Positions 17,424 to 26,877 of a stretch of 64,000 nt of DNA are shown here, one piece after another. This DNA comes from Anaerolineales bacterium (lineage in GTDB: Bacteria > Chloroflexota > Anaerolineae > Anaerolineales > UBA11579): positions 13,441 through 77,440 of the forward strand of contig JAHCIH010000001.1 of the NCBI GenBank assembly GCA_026129335.1, in the 5' to 3' direction. Position 1 is the stretch's first letter; every line of letters starts with the position of its first letter. Under the pieces are notes generated by a model. The model searched no databases and had not been told where the DNA came from. It saw nothing but the letters and a program-made list of their open reading frames with translations. A program made the translations under genes and the position numbers.

Positions 17424-19769
17424 CTACTCGTCCTCCGGTTTGAGAAAAGCGAGCGAACGGCCCGCTTCGGAATCCATTATAAGCTCAATCACTTGTCCGC
17501 GTGCAAAGTCGTCAACGGAAATCACTCGCAAAGTGTTCTGCCACTCGGCCAATTCGGGCGCCCATGTTTTCAAGCGGTTGGGCGTATCGTAAAAGAAGGC
17601 GCGATTGAAGCTCGCGTCGTCGTCGTCCAGGTGCACCGCCAGCGGGAAGATGCGCGACTCGATGAGATCCTGGAAGAAATGCGTGCCATACGAAGGCTCC
17701 GGTTCTGGCCCGACCCCCTCGCCGGAGAGTTCGACCAGCGCATCGGTGTTGTAGATGTCGGCGTAGGAAACACTGATGCCCAGGTCGGGGCTGGCGGTTC
17801 CCCAACGGCCCGGGCCGACGCAGATGAAGCTCTCGGTCTCCATCAGTTTGTTCAGCCTGCCAATGGCGCGGGCCAGCTCGCGGCGGGCCTCCACGCTGGG
17901 CAGGCTATAGTAGCCTTCCGGCGGGGCGAAGAGCACGTAGCGCACGCCGCCCACCCGGCCGTGCGGCGCCATGCGGCTGGTGGCGAAGACGACGCTCTCC
18001 GGTGGCAGGCGCTCAGGAAGCTCCACGGCCTCCTCCTGCAAATGGCTCTGCGGGCGGCACTGCAGGATGAACATCTTGATGTCAGTCTTGCCGTCCTTCT
18101 CGGGGCGCAGCTGCACGGTGAACTCCATGTCCACCGGGGATTTGTAGTGCTGCTCCAGGTACTTCAGCGCGCGGCCCATGCGCTCGGCCAACGGTGTGGC
18201 GGTGATCGCCCCGTCCAGGGTGACGACCAGTTCGCCACTCTGTCCTCCCAGCCGGGTGCGGATAGGCCGCAGGTCGCCGTCTTTGTACACCGAAGCAAGC
18301 AAGCGCAAATGGGGGTACCCAGCGTCCAGCACATCGCCCACTGGCAGGGTCTTGAATTGGTTGTCGTCCAGATCGACGACATCCATCTTATGTTGGGAAT
18401 AGGCGACCAGCGACTTGATGTTGGCGTTGGCGCGCAGCTCCGGGTGGCTCAACGCCACCAGGCGTGGGTAATCGTTGCCGATCTGCTCCACGGCGTGGGT
18501 GCCCAGCCCGGTGACCAGGCGCACGAAGCCGGAATCGCGTTTGATCTTCGGGGACCAGCGGAACAGGTTGCGGCTAAAGGCCACGCCGGCCAGGTGGGGG
18601 AAGTAGTAGCGCCCGTAAGCTTCGCCCTGCACCACCTGCATCAGCACGGCCAGGCGCTCGTCATAGTCCTGCAGCCCGTTGGCCCGGCGGTAGAGCAGCG
18701 CGTCGGGGTTGAGGCCGCTGGCGTACACCGCAGCGATGGCCTGCATCAGCGCCTGCAGGTTCTCTTGCTGCGTGCCCTGGTTGGGGCAGAAGACGCTGTC
18801 GTATTTGCCGGCGAAGGAGGAGCCGAAATTGTCCTCCAGCAGGCTGGAGGAGCGCACGATAATGGGCGAGTTGCCCACCTTGTCCAGCATCTCGGCCAGC
18901 TCGGCCTGGATGTCTTCGGGGAAGCTCCCTGCGGCGTACTCCTTTTGGATGGTGGCGTACTCGTCGCGGATCTGGTCTTCGTCTTTGTACTTCTGGTCCG
19001 CCCAGTGGATCATGTTGTTGTGCGCCATGAACGCGTACATCACATCCGCACCCAGGAAGTAGGACTCGGGGATAGTCACATTCTGGGCGATGTCTTTTTC
19101 CGCCACGCGCTGCAGGATACGCAAGGCGAGCAGCATACCCGCCGCCTTGCCGCCGATCTTGCCTTTGCCGATCTTGTGGTGGCGGATGGCCAGTAGGTCA
19201 TCCAGCGTGAACCATTCCTTGGCGATGTTTATGTAGGCCAGCTGATCGGAGATGGTGGAGCGGATCAGCACGACTTTGATTTCGCGCTCGCGGGCTTCGT
19301 GTTTGGCGCGCTCCTTCAGCGGCAGGCGGGCGATCATCTTGGCTTGCTCGAACAGCGCCTCCTGCGGGGCCAACTCCGGGTTGAAGGTGCGCTGCAAGTC
19401 TTCGCTTTCGGCGCCGCGTTCGGCGAGCACCTGGCGCAGGATGTCGTCGAAGACCTTGAAAGGCAGGTTGTTGGCGAAATGCAGGTCGGTGAGGTGTTCG
19501 CGCACCTGGTCCACGCGCAGCTTCCAATCGTCCTCGGTTTCTTCGCCAACAACGTCTTGCATGCCTTCGCGGATCTGCGAATTGACCGCCTGCTGCCGCA
19601 CCAACTCCTCCATCGCGGCGGGGGTGATGATGCCGCGATCGAACATCTCCTGGCGCATGCGCGTGCGGATGCGCCGGCGCAGCAAGGGGTATTGCGCCAG
19701 GGCCAGATAGATGCGATAGGTGGGGTCGAAGGAACTGAGCGGGAGGGCCATAATCGGATTAAAACCCAC
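17424..19769 (-). CDS. PEP/pyruvate-binding (PPDK_N ATP-grasp) domain protein without recognisable phosphohistidine domain
   Basis: IGGKAAGMLLA, VRSSSLLEDNFGSSFAGKYDS, GVAFSRN, MEFTVQL. Stop codon abuts the dNK start. Alternative ATG at 19751. Confidence 0.8.
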   Translation of the reverse strand: MGFNPIMALPLSSFDPTYRIYLALAQYPLLRRRIRTRMRQEMFDRGIITPAAMEELVRQQAVNSQIREGMQDVVGEETEDDWKLRVDQVREHLTDLHFANNLPFKVFDDILRQVLAERGAESEDLQRTFNPELAPQEALFEQAKMIARLPLKERAKHEAREREIKVVLIRSTISDQLAYINIAKEWFTLDDLLAIRHHKIGKGKIGGKAAGMLLALRILQRVAEKDIAQNVTIPESYFLGADVMYAFMAHNNMIHWADQKYKDEDQIRDEYATIQKEYAAGSFPEDIQAELAEMLDKVGNSPIIVRSSSLLEDNFGSSFAGKYDSVFCPNQGTQQENLQALMQAIAAVYASGLNPDALLYRRANGLQDYDERLAVLMQVVQGEAYGRYYFPHLAGVAFSRNLFRWSPKIKRDSGFVRLVTGLGTHAVEQIGNDYPRLVALSHPELRANANIKSLVAYSQHKMDVVDLDDNQFKTLPVGDVLDAGYPHLRLLASVYKDGDLRPIRTRLGGQSGELVVTLDGAITATPLAERMGRALKYLEQHYKSPVDMEFTVQLRPEKDGKTDIKMFILQCRPQSHLQEEAVELPERLPPESVVFATSRMAPHGRVGGVRYVLFAPPEGYYSLPSVEARRELARAIGRLNKLMETESFICVGPGRWGTASPDLGISVSYADIYNTDALVELSGEGVGPEPEPSYGTHFFQDLIESRIFPLAVHLDDDDASFNRAFFYDTPNRLKTWAPELAEWQNTLRVISVDDFARGQVIELIMDSEAGRSLAFLKPEDE

Positions 19770-19817
19770 CGCAGCGAATGCGGTACGGGATGTACTGGAT
19801 TGTAAAGCGAGTGGAGG

Positions 19818-20951
19818 CTATTTGCCCAAATGCATGGGCATGATTACGTGCAAAAAGTCCTGGTCGCCCACCGGGCGGATGACGCCGGGGGCCGCCGCCG
19901 CGGTGGTCTCCAGTGCCACGTCGGACGCCTTCATCACATCCAATGCCTCGCGCAGGTAGCGCACGTTGAAGGCGATCAGGATTGCGTCGCCCTCGACCAC
20001 GGCGTCCATCTTGCTGTCGTTGGAGCCGGTTTCCTCGGACTGGGCGGAGATCTCCATCGTGCCGGGGGCGCTGCTTTCGCCGGGCTTGATGTCCAGGCGG
20101 GCGATGTGTGAACTTTCGCGGGCGAAGATCTCGGACTGCTTGGCGGCCTTGAGGAAAGCTTCGGCCGAGACGATGGTGCGGGTCTTGTAACCGTTGGGGA
20201 TGATCTGGCTGTATTCGGGGAAGGCACCCTCGACCAGCTGGCAGCGCAGTTCGGCGTTCTTGAGGCTGAAGACGATCTGGCCGCGGCCGGGCGGCAGCAT
20301 CATGTGGATCTGCTCTTTGTCGTCGGTAGCGATGCGGGCCAGCTCGTTGAGCGCCCGGGCGGGCACAATGGCGCGCATCGGCTGCTCCGCGGCGGCGGGC
20401 AGCTGCGCTTTGCGCACCGAGAGGCGGAAACCATCGGCGGCGGCCATGGTCATGGTATCGCCCTCGACGGTGAGCAGCACACCGGTGAGCACCGGGCGGG
20501 CGTCGTCACGCGAGGCGGCGAAGACCACCTGAGCGATCATCTCCTTGAAGTCGCCGGCGTTGAGTTCGATGCCGGCGGACTTGTCCGGCTCGGGCATTGG
20601 CGGGAACTCTTGCGCATCGATGCCTTTGATCTCCGCCCGGGAGCGCCCGGCGCTGAGCTGCAAGGTCTGGGTGCGCACGACCAGCTCCATCTGGATGGTG
20701 TCGTTGGGGAAGGTGGCCACCAGGTCGGCCAGGGTGCGCGCCGGCACGGTGGTGGCGCCGGGCTCTTCGATCTTGGCGCCGATCCAGGCGGTGATGCCCA
20801 GCTCTCGGTCGGTGGCCGAGAGCTTCAGGCGGCCGTCTTCGGCAGCCAAAAGCACGTTGGCCAGGATGGGGTAGGTGCTGCGCGCAGAAACGGCGCGCGA
20901 GACCACATTGAGCCCCTGTGCCAGATTTTCTTGAAGGACTGAGATCTTCAT
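19818..20951 (-). CDS. dnaN: DNA polymerase III beta sliding clamp
   Basis: ORF 19818..21068 trimmed to ATG 20951 (MKISVLQENLAQGLNVVSRAV). 377 aa three-domain clamp pattern. Confidence 0.9.
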   Translation of the reverse strand: MKISVLQENLAQGLNVVSRAVSARSTYPILANVLLAAEDGRLKLSATDRELGITAWIGAKIEEPGATTVPARTLADLVATFPNDTIQMELVVRTQTLQLSAGRSRAEIKGIDAQEFPPMPEPDKSAGIELNAGDFKEMIAQVVFAASRDDARPVLTGVLLTVEGDTMTMAAADGFRLSVRKAQLPAAAEQPMRAIVPARALNELARIATDDKEQIHMMLPPGRGQIVFSLKNAELRCQLVEGAFPEYSQIIPNGYKTRTIVSAEAFLKAAKQSEIFARESSHIARLDIKPGESSAPGTMEISAQSEETGSNDSKMDAVVEGDAILIAFNVRYLREALDVMKASDVALETTAAAAPGVIRPVGDQDFLHVIMPMHLGK

Positions 20952-21079
20952 AGAGCCGACTTGCGCGAAGTATACCGCGATTTGGCGCTGGCCCTGCAGC
21001 CGCACCGAGGAGCGGGTTGGGGGGTTGTATTCATTGCAGTTATCCTGCAAACCAAATTTTTGCGGCAAGGAGCGTAAAC

Positions 21080-21250
21080 ATGAAACTTTCAGCCCCCAAA
21101 CAAGTCACCTGGTGGATCGCCATCATCCTCGGCGGCCTCGCCATCCTCAATCACTATGGCGTGCTGTCGGTAGGCCTGGGCAACAATTTTGTGTTGCTGA
21201 TGCTGGGTTACCTGCTCTTGGTGCTGGGCACCTATCTGAAAGGTCTCTAA
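21080..21250 (+). CDS. Small two-TM membrane protein (56 aa)
   Basis: ORF 21017..21250 trimmed to ATG 21080, preceded by AAGGAG. Two hydrophobic helices. Followed by a terminator. Confidence 0.5.
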   Translation: MKLSAPKQVTWWIAIILGGLAILNHYGVLSVGLGNNFVLLMLGYLLLVLGTYLKGL

Positions 21251-21260
21251 GCGGCTTTCA

Positions 21261-21298
21261 AAACAAAAAGAGCGCGCCAATGGCGCGCTCTTTTGTTT
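21261..21298. terminator. Bidirectional intrinsic terminator
   Basis: Long stem AAACAAAAAGAGCGCGCC / GGCGCGCTCTTTTGTTT (one bulged A) between convergent genes. Confidence 0.75.
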
Positions 21299-21314
21299 GG
21301 TAAAGGGGGTGACA

Positions 21315-22601
21315 CTACAACCAGCCGCGCAGTTCCATCGCTTCCACCACAGAGCCAATCGCTACCATGTAGGCCGCGTCACGCATGTAAGCCTTCTCGC
21401 GCTCGGCGACCTCGAGCACATGCTCGAAGGCGGCGGTCATTTTGGTGTCGAGGCGCTGGAGCACCTCATCCAAAGCCCAGTAGTAGTTCATGTCGTTCTG
21501 CACGCCCTCGAAGTACGAAACGGTGACGCCGCCGGCGTTGCACAGGAAATCGGGGATGACGAAGATGTTGTTCTTCTTGAAATGTTCGTCGGCCTCGGGG
21601 GTGGTGGGGCCGTTGGCGCCCTCGGCGACCAGCTTGACCTTGTCGCTGATCTTTTGCACCGTCTGCCCGGTGAGCTGGCTCTCCAGCGCGGCGGGGATGA
21701 GCACATCCACATCCTGCTCCAACCAGGCGTCGCCGTGCTCGATCTTGTAGCCTGCCTCAATCGCCTTGTCTTTCAGGATCGAACCGTATTCGTCGGTGAC
21801 GCTCTGCAAGAAGGCGATGTCCAAACCCTTGGGGCTGACCACGCTCAAGGCGGCTTTCTCGTTGCGGTCCCAGTACGACACGCAGACGACCTTGCCGCCG
21901 AGCTGTTCGGTGAAACCCCGTGAAGCGTATTGCGCCACATTGCCGAAGCCTTGCACGGAAGCGCTTGCCTTTTTGCTGTCCATCTTGAGGTGCTTCATCG
22001 CCTCACGCACGGTGTAGATCACACCGTAGCCGGTGGCCTCGCGGCGGCCCAGCGAGCCGCCGCCGCCCACCGGCTTGCCGGTGATCACGCCGGGCGTGTA
22101 TTCGCCAGCCAGCTTGGAATACTCGTCCATCATCCAGCCCATCATCTGCGCGGTGGTGCCCACATCGGGCGCGGGCACGTCAATGCGCGGCCCCAGGTTC
22201 TTGTGGATGGCCGCCACCCAGCCGCGGCAGAGGTGCTCCTTCTCGCGGATGGTTAGGGTGGCCGAATCCACCGCCACACCGCCCTTGCCGCCGCCGAGTG
22301 GAATCTCGGCCACCGCACACTTCCAAGTCATCCACATCGCCAGGGCGCGCACCGTGTCCATCGTCTCCGAAGCATGAAAACGGATGCCGCCTTTCGTGGG
22401 GCCGCGCGAGTCGTTGTGCTGCACGCGGTAGCCAAAGAAGACCTGCTGGCTGCCGTCGTCCATGCGTACCGGGATTTGGAACTTGAACTCGCGGCGCGGC
22501 CAGCGCAGGATCTCGCGTACGTGGGGTTCCAAACCCAGTTGGGCGGCCACGCCGTCGAACTGGGCCTGGGCGATCTGGAAGGCGTTGGTGGTTTCGGACA
22601 T
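21315..22601 (-). CDS. gdh: Glutamate dehydrogenase (Glu/Leu/Phe/Val dehydrogenase family)
   Basis: Catalytic PLGGGKGGV, dinucleotide fold VQGFGNVAQY, SD AAGGAG upstream. Confidence 0.95.
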   Translation of the reverse strand: MSETTNAFQIAQAQFDGVAAQLGLEPHVREILRWPRREFKFQIPVRMDDGSQQVFFGYRVQHNDSRGPTKGGIRFHASETMDTVRALAMWMTWKCAVAEIPLGGGKGGVAVDSATLTIREKEHLCRGWVAAIHKNLGPRIDVPAPDVGTTAQMMGWMMDEYSKLAGEYTPGVITGKPVGGGGSLGRREATGYGVIYTVREAMKHLKMDSKKASASVQGFGNVAQYASRGFTEQLGGKVVCVSYWDRNEKAALSVVSPKGLDIAFLQSVTDEYGSILKDKAIEAGYKIEHGDAWLEQDVDVLIPAALESQLTGQTVQKISDKVKLVAEGANGPTTPEADEHFKKNNIFVIPDFLCNAGGVTVSYFEGVQNDMNYYWALDEVLQRLDTKMTAAFEHVLEVAEREKAYMRDAAYMVAIGSVVEAMELRGWL

Positions 22602-22686
22602 CTACACACTCCTTTGTGTGCGGTGCACTGCGTTGTACAACTGCATTGTTTGGCCCGGCGTCTGTGGCGAGCCTTTTAAATAACTA

Positions 22687-22713
22687 TGCGGGCACCTCGG
22701 AGAGGGACCCGCA
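22687..22713 (-). terminator. Possible terminator downstream of the gatB-MOSC unit
   Basis: Minus strand TGCGGG-(15 nt)-CCCGCA followed by tagttattt. Short stem with a large loop. Confidence 0.35.
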
Positions 22714-22813
22714 CGCATGCTTCCAATGGTGGTTCTGCTGGCGCTTTCTCAATGCCGACCTTTCGCGTGGAAGGGGCTTTACCTTAACCGATTGTCGCTT
22801 TTCGGTCAAGCAT

Positions 22814-23374
22814 TCAGGCGGGCGGCGCCTCGCGGGGCAGCAACACACGCACGCCCTCGCCGCGGCGGATGGCGCCCGGTCGTTCCACCCAGGCGATGAG
22901 GCCGCGTTTGCCCATCGCCTGCTTGGGGAAACGGTTGGTCAGACCGGCTTGTTCCGGGTACTGCGCCTGCAGGCATCCGCCGGCGGTGACGCAGGGCGTG
23001 TTGTCGCCCTCCACCACCAGGCTGACGCCGTTCTCGAACATCAGGCGAGTGCCGGAGGGCAGCTGGGTCAGCTGCGGGACGCCGGAGAGCGCCAGGTTGG
23101 CGCCCAGCCAATCCGGTTCGACTTGCGGCACACCGAGGCGTTCAGCGATTTGAGCCAATTCTTCCTGCGATACCACCGAAACCTGGCGCACGTTGCGCAC
23201 CAGGGTGCCCTTGGGGAACATTTTCTGGCTGCTGCCCGATTTGCGGGTGAGGCCGTAGTGTTTGTCGCCTACGAAGCCTTCCCAGTGCACCTCGGCTTCG
23301 TCGACCACCTGGTTAGGCAGGTCGCCCACGTTGAGGCCGAGTTGCTCCACTTTGCCAGACATGGTTTCGCTCAT
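22814..23374 (-). CDS. MOSC domain-containing protein
   Basis: YiiM-like MOSC pattern (GFVGDKH..., NLALSGV..., conserved Cys in PCVTAGGC). Start overlaps the gatB stop. Confidence 0.8.
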   Translation of the reverse strand: MSETMSGKVEQLGLNVGDLPNQVVDEAEVHWEGFVGDKHYGLTRKSGSSQKMFPKGTLVRNVRQVSVVSQEELAQIAERLGVPQVEPDWLGANLALSGVPQLTQLPSGTRLMFENGVSLVVEGDNTPCVTAGGCLQAQYPEQAGLTNRFPKQAMGKRGLIAWVERPGAIRRGEGVRVLLPREAPPA

Positions 23375-24852
23375 GCGGATTGCTCCTTTTGCAGGCCGGC
23401 ATCGGCAATCTGGCGCTCCAGCTCGGCGCGCAGCGCCGCAGGGTCGGCCTTGCCGCCGGAGAGCTTGAGCGCCTGGCCGAACAGCCAGTTGAGCAGCGGG
23501 GCATTGCCGCCCAGGTATTCGGCCACCTGCTGCGGATGCCGGGCGAGTGTCTCTGCGGCCCAGGCTTGCAGCTGCCCTGCGTCGGAAACCTGCTGCAGGC
23601 CGAGCCGCTCGACAATCTCGGCCGGCTGGCCGCCGCTGGCGAACAGTTCAGCCAGCGCCAGGCGCGCCCCGGCCGGGTTGATGGCGCCGCCGGCCAGCAG
23701 ATCCAGCAGTGCGGCCAGCTCCGCCGGACCAAAGGGCAGCGCGCCGAGTTCTGCGCCGGCCTCGTTGAGCAGGCCAAACAGCGGCCCGCTGACCCAGTTG
23801 GCGACCAACTTGGCGTCGGCCTGTTTTGCGGCAGCGACCGCCGCTTCGTAAAAATCGGCGACCTCGCGCTCGGCGGTCAGCACGCCGGCGTCGTAGCCGC
23901 TAAGGCCATACTGGCCCGCGAAGCGCTTGAGGCGCGTGTGGGGCAGCTCCGGGAGGCTGGCGCGGACATCCTCAACCCAGGCCGGGTCCAGCACCAGCGG
24001 AGGCAGGTCGGGTTCGGGAAAATAGCGGTAGTCTTCGGCGAACTCCTTGGAGCGCTGCGGCTGGGTCATGCCGCGGGCGTCGTCCCAGCCCAGGGTCTGC
24101 TGCACCACCGCGCCGCCGCCCTCCAGCAGGGCACCCTGGCGCTCCAACTCGTAGGCAACGGCGCGCTCCAACGAACGGAAGCTGTTCAGGTTCTTCACCT
24201 CGACGCGGGTGCCGAACTCCGTGCTGCCGGCGGGGCGGATGGAGATGTTGGGCTCAATGCGCAGCAAGCCCTTCTCCAGGTTGCCGGAGTTGACGCCCAC
24301 ATAGCGCAGGATGCTACGCAGCGCATAGGCGCAATTGCGCACCGCTTCGACGGAGTGCAACTGCGGCTCGGTGACGATTTCCAGCAAAGGCACGCCGGAG
24401 CGGTTGAGGTCGACCAAGGAATAGCGCCCCCCGTCCTCTTCAACGTGGGTCAGCTTGCCGGTGTCTTCCTCAATATGCACGCGGCGGATCGCCACGCGCT
24501 GCTCACCCTCGGCGGTGTCGAACTCCAGCCAGCCGTCGGTGGCCAGCGGCTGCTCGTACTGCGAAATCTGGAAACCCTTTGGCAAGTCGGGGTAAAAGTA
24601 GCTCTTGCGCGCAAAGATGCTGGTGGAGTGCACCTGGCAGTTCAGCGCCAGGGCCACGCGCACGGCGTATTCCACCGCCGCCTGGTTGATCACCGGCAGC
24701 ATGCCGGGCATGCCAGAGCACACTGGGCACACGGCTACGTTGGGCTCAGCGTGGGTGGAATCGACTAGGGGGCAGTCGCAGAACATCTTGGAACGCGTTT
24801 CCAAGACGGCGTGCACCTCCAGGCCGACGACGGGCTGGTATGGGCTGCTCAA
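23371..24852 (-). CDS. gatB: Asp-tRNA(Asn)/Glu-tRNA(Gln) amidotransferase subunit B
   Basis: YQPVVGLEVHAVL N-terminus and GatB/YqeY C-terminal domain. I prefer TTG 24852 (AGGAAAA 8 nt upstream). The ATG 24927 alternative would overlap the upstream gene by 32 nt. Confidence 0.95.
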   Translation of the reverse strand: MSSPYQPVVGLEVHAVLETRSKMFCDCPLVDSTHAEPNVAVCPVCSGMPGMLPVINQAAVEYAVRVALALNCQVHSTSIFARKSYFYPDLPKGFQISQYEQPLATDGWLEFDTAEGEQRVAIRRVHIEEDTGKLTHVEEDGGRYSLVDLNRSGVPLLEIVTEPQLHSVEAVRNCAYALRSILRYVGVNSGNLEKGLLRIEPNISIRPAGSTEFGTRVEVKNLNSFRSLERAVAYELERQGALLEGGGAVVQQTLGWDDARGMTQPQRSKEFAEDYRYFPEPDLPPLVLDPAWVEDVRASLPELPHTRLKRFAGQYGLSGYDAGVLTAEREVADFYEAAVAAAKQADAKLVANWVSGPLFGLLNEAGAELGALPFGPAELAALLDLLAGGAINPAGARLALAELFASGGQPAEIVERLGLQQVSDAGQLQAWAAETLARHPQQVAEYLGGNAPLLNWLFGQALKLSGGKADPAALRAELERQIADAGLQKEQSA

Positions 24853-24888
24853 GTGAATTTTCCTGCGCCGGCCGGGCCGGCTGGGGTG

Positions 24889-24894
24889 ATTATA
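24889..24894 (-). promoter_or_regulatory. -10 TATAAT just after the upstream stop, about 36 nt before the proposed gatB TTG
   Basis: Minus strand reads TAGtTATAATcacccc...AGGAAAAttcacTTG. Confidence 0.35.
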
Positions 24895-24895
24895 A

Positions 24896-26812
24896 CTAAG
24901 CTGCGCCTTTGGTTGCCTGGCTTCCAAGGATTGCCTGCACCGCTGTGGTGAACGACGCGGTCCAAAGCAGCAGGATGCCAGGCATCAGCATGCGGCTCAG
25001 ACCAGTAGTGACCCACCAACTGACATCCAGCGTGTCAGGATCATAAACTGTCATGTAATAGCTGCTAATCATGATTAGTAAGAAAACTAAGCCGCCACCA
25101 AGTAGCACCAAGTTGTCACGCGCAATTTTTGCTCGCAGCGAGAACGACAGGACCAGTGCCAGCAAAAAGAAGGCACTTAGCCCGCCCCATGAAGCCAATG
25201 AAGGCGTGAAGATGTAGTTGAAAGACTGCTGGACAACATAGAGTAATTCCATCCAATGGATACGGCCCGAGAGCAATGCAAGGACCCCTCCCCCAAGGAT
25301 GTTCTGGGCAAAACCAGGACCTGCATACACCAATGGGGCAAATACTTGCCACACAACCGTGTACAACACGAATGGCAGCGAGAACGCCAACCAGGTTGCG
25401 CGAAGTGCTTTGGAGTCAAATCGGCGCAAAAAGAGCAGCCAGCCAGCCAGTAGCACAGCGTTGATTGGTAGGCCCTCAGGCCGAGTCCAAGCGCCGAAAG
25501 CGAGGAAGATGCCAGCCACCCAAGCTGGTACTTCGGCCCTTTTCTCATTCAAAGACATGAGGGCAGAGAAAGCAGCCGCTATCAGGTAAAACGCGTAGGG
25601 AAGGTTGGCATATCCCAAGGTGGCGTGGGTGAAGAGCATTGGCGCCCCTCCCAGCAGAGCTACAGCCACCAGGGTCCAGAGACGGGGGAGCACCCGAGAG
25701 AGATATCCCGCCACCAGCAGCATCAATCCGGAGTGGAAGAAGGGAAAGAGTAGTTTTGATTCGGGCAACTGATCCCCAAACAGTTCTAAAAAGTTGCTGA
25801 TGTGGATAGGGATATTAAGGGGATATCGAGTAGTGGGCGTGCCCCACTGGCTAGCGCCAATTTGGAGACCTTTTGCTTCAATACCGTAACCTTTCGATGC
25901 CCAGAGCAGGAATTCATCGACATAAGAATAGCCTTTGCCTGCAGCAAAAAAAAGTTGCACTATGGTTAGCAAGGCGACGAACAAATACACTGGCCACCAG
26001 TTTGGCAAGTCGAGCCATTGTTTAAACCTCTCAAAGGAAGGTGTTTTTAGTCCCCTTAAAACAGGCACCCAAAGACCTACAGCAAGCAGCAAGATCAATC
26101 CCACACTTAACTCGACGCCCATTGCCAGTACTAAAAACACTAAAAACGAGTGGGCGGCAACAGCTCCCCCAAAACCAGTTGCGATGTGAAGTGGCGCCGA
26201 CCATTGGGGTGTTTTTTGAACTGTAAGTAGAATACCGGGAAGAGACAGGGACGTGAGAAATATCAGTGGAGGCAGAAAGGCCGCAAAAAACTGCAGGCCA
26301 TTTTCGTAATCGGTCCAAGTGGTTGAAGCCGGGCCAGGCACCAGGTTTGGATTTAAGAGGCCCCAGTTTTCATCGTAAGCGACATACCTCGAATCAGTTT
26401 CAACTTGTTCCAATGCGCCAGGTGAAGTGATCAGAGCGGGCGTTCCCTGCTCCAGCGCATTTTGCAGGCAAGCTACATAACTGGCGCCTGGGCAGTTATA
26501 AGGGTCTCGAGGGTAAAGAGAGAGCTTTAGATCCAGCGGCCGGGTCAAGTGGTGAGCACCTGTGTCTTCTCCGGTAAGGATGTGTGCGCTGCCTGATGTC
26601 AAGCTATCGATAAATTGAAAATAGCTCGCAGTATTGCGGTTATGTGTAAATCGGGCCGCCCGCCAGGCGCCAGATTTGCCTATATCTTGACGGATTAATC
26701 TCGCGATGGGGAAAAATTCTCGCCCCACCTGTATGAATTGCAGGACAATTAGCCCCATGCAAAGAATGAGAAATATTTTGTTTCCGTTCTTTTTATTCTT
26801 TAGATAGTCCAT
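24896..26812 (-). CDS. Polytopic integral membrane protein, possible GT-C-type glycosyltransferase (low GC)
   Basis: One N-terminal TM, an extracytoplasmic segment of about 140 aa, then at least 11 TM helices. Loop motifs YVDEFLLW and AWTRPEG are reminiscent of GT-C/PMT_2 enzymes. GC is visibly lower than in the flanks. Confidence 0.6.
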   Translation of the reverse strand: MDYLKNKKNGNKIFLILCMGLIVLQFIQVGREFFPIARLIRQDIGKSGAWRAARFTHNRNTASYFQFIDSLTSGSAHILTGEDTGAHHLTRPLDLKLSLYPRDPYNCPGASYVACLQNALEQGTPALITSPGALEQVETDSRYVAYDENWGLLNPNLVPGPASTTWTDYENGLQFFAAFLPPLIFLTSLSLPGILLTVQKTPQWSAPLHIATGFGGAVAAHSFLVFLVLAMGVELSVGLILLLAVGLWVPVLRGLKTPSFERFKQWLDLPNWWPVYLFVALLTIVQLFFAAGKGYSYVDEFLLWASKGYGIEAKGLQIGASQWGTPTTRYPLNIPIHISNFLELFGDQLPESKLLFPFFHSGLMLLVAGYLSRVLPRLWTLVAVALLGGAPMLFTHATLGYANLPYAFYLIAAAFSALMSLNEKRAEVPAWVAGIFLAFGAWTRPEGLPINAVLLAGWLLFLRRFDSKALRATWLAFSLPFVLYTVVWQVFAPLVYAGPGFAQNILGGGVLALLSGRIHWMELLYVVQQSFNYIFTPSLASWGGLSAFFLLALVLSFSLRAKIARDNLVLLGGGLVFLLIMISSYYMTVYDPDTLDVSWWVTTGLSRMLMPGILLLWTASFTTAVQAILGSQATKGAA

Positions 26813-26877
26813 TTTATGGGAACAGATTTCACTCGATTGTGACCCTCTAATTTTAGCGTATCAACAACGCGGGTAAG

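Noticed and set aside
17493-19196. 567-aa plus-strand ORF antisense to the PPDK_N gene. Similar long antisense ORFs: 2295..3611, 3691..4809, 13945..14961, 22616..23851, 23380..24768, 26935..28176, 28832..30007, 32742..33914, 34360..35391, 40017..41402
   Set aside because: All lie opposite genes with strong motif support and have repetitive Gly/Ala/Arg/His/Gln-rich translations. This is expected in GC-rich DNA, where stop codons are rare.
22602-22640. Short inverted repeat ACACA-aaggag-TGTGT presenting the gdh SD in a hairpin loop
   Set aside because: It is a 5-bp A/T-containing stem with marginal stability. It is probably coincidental, so I do not report it as a regulatory element.
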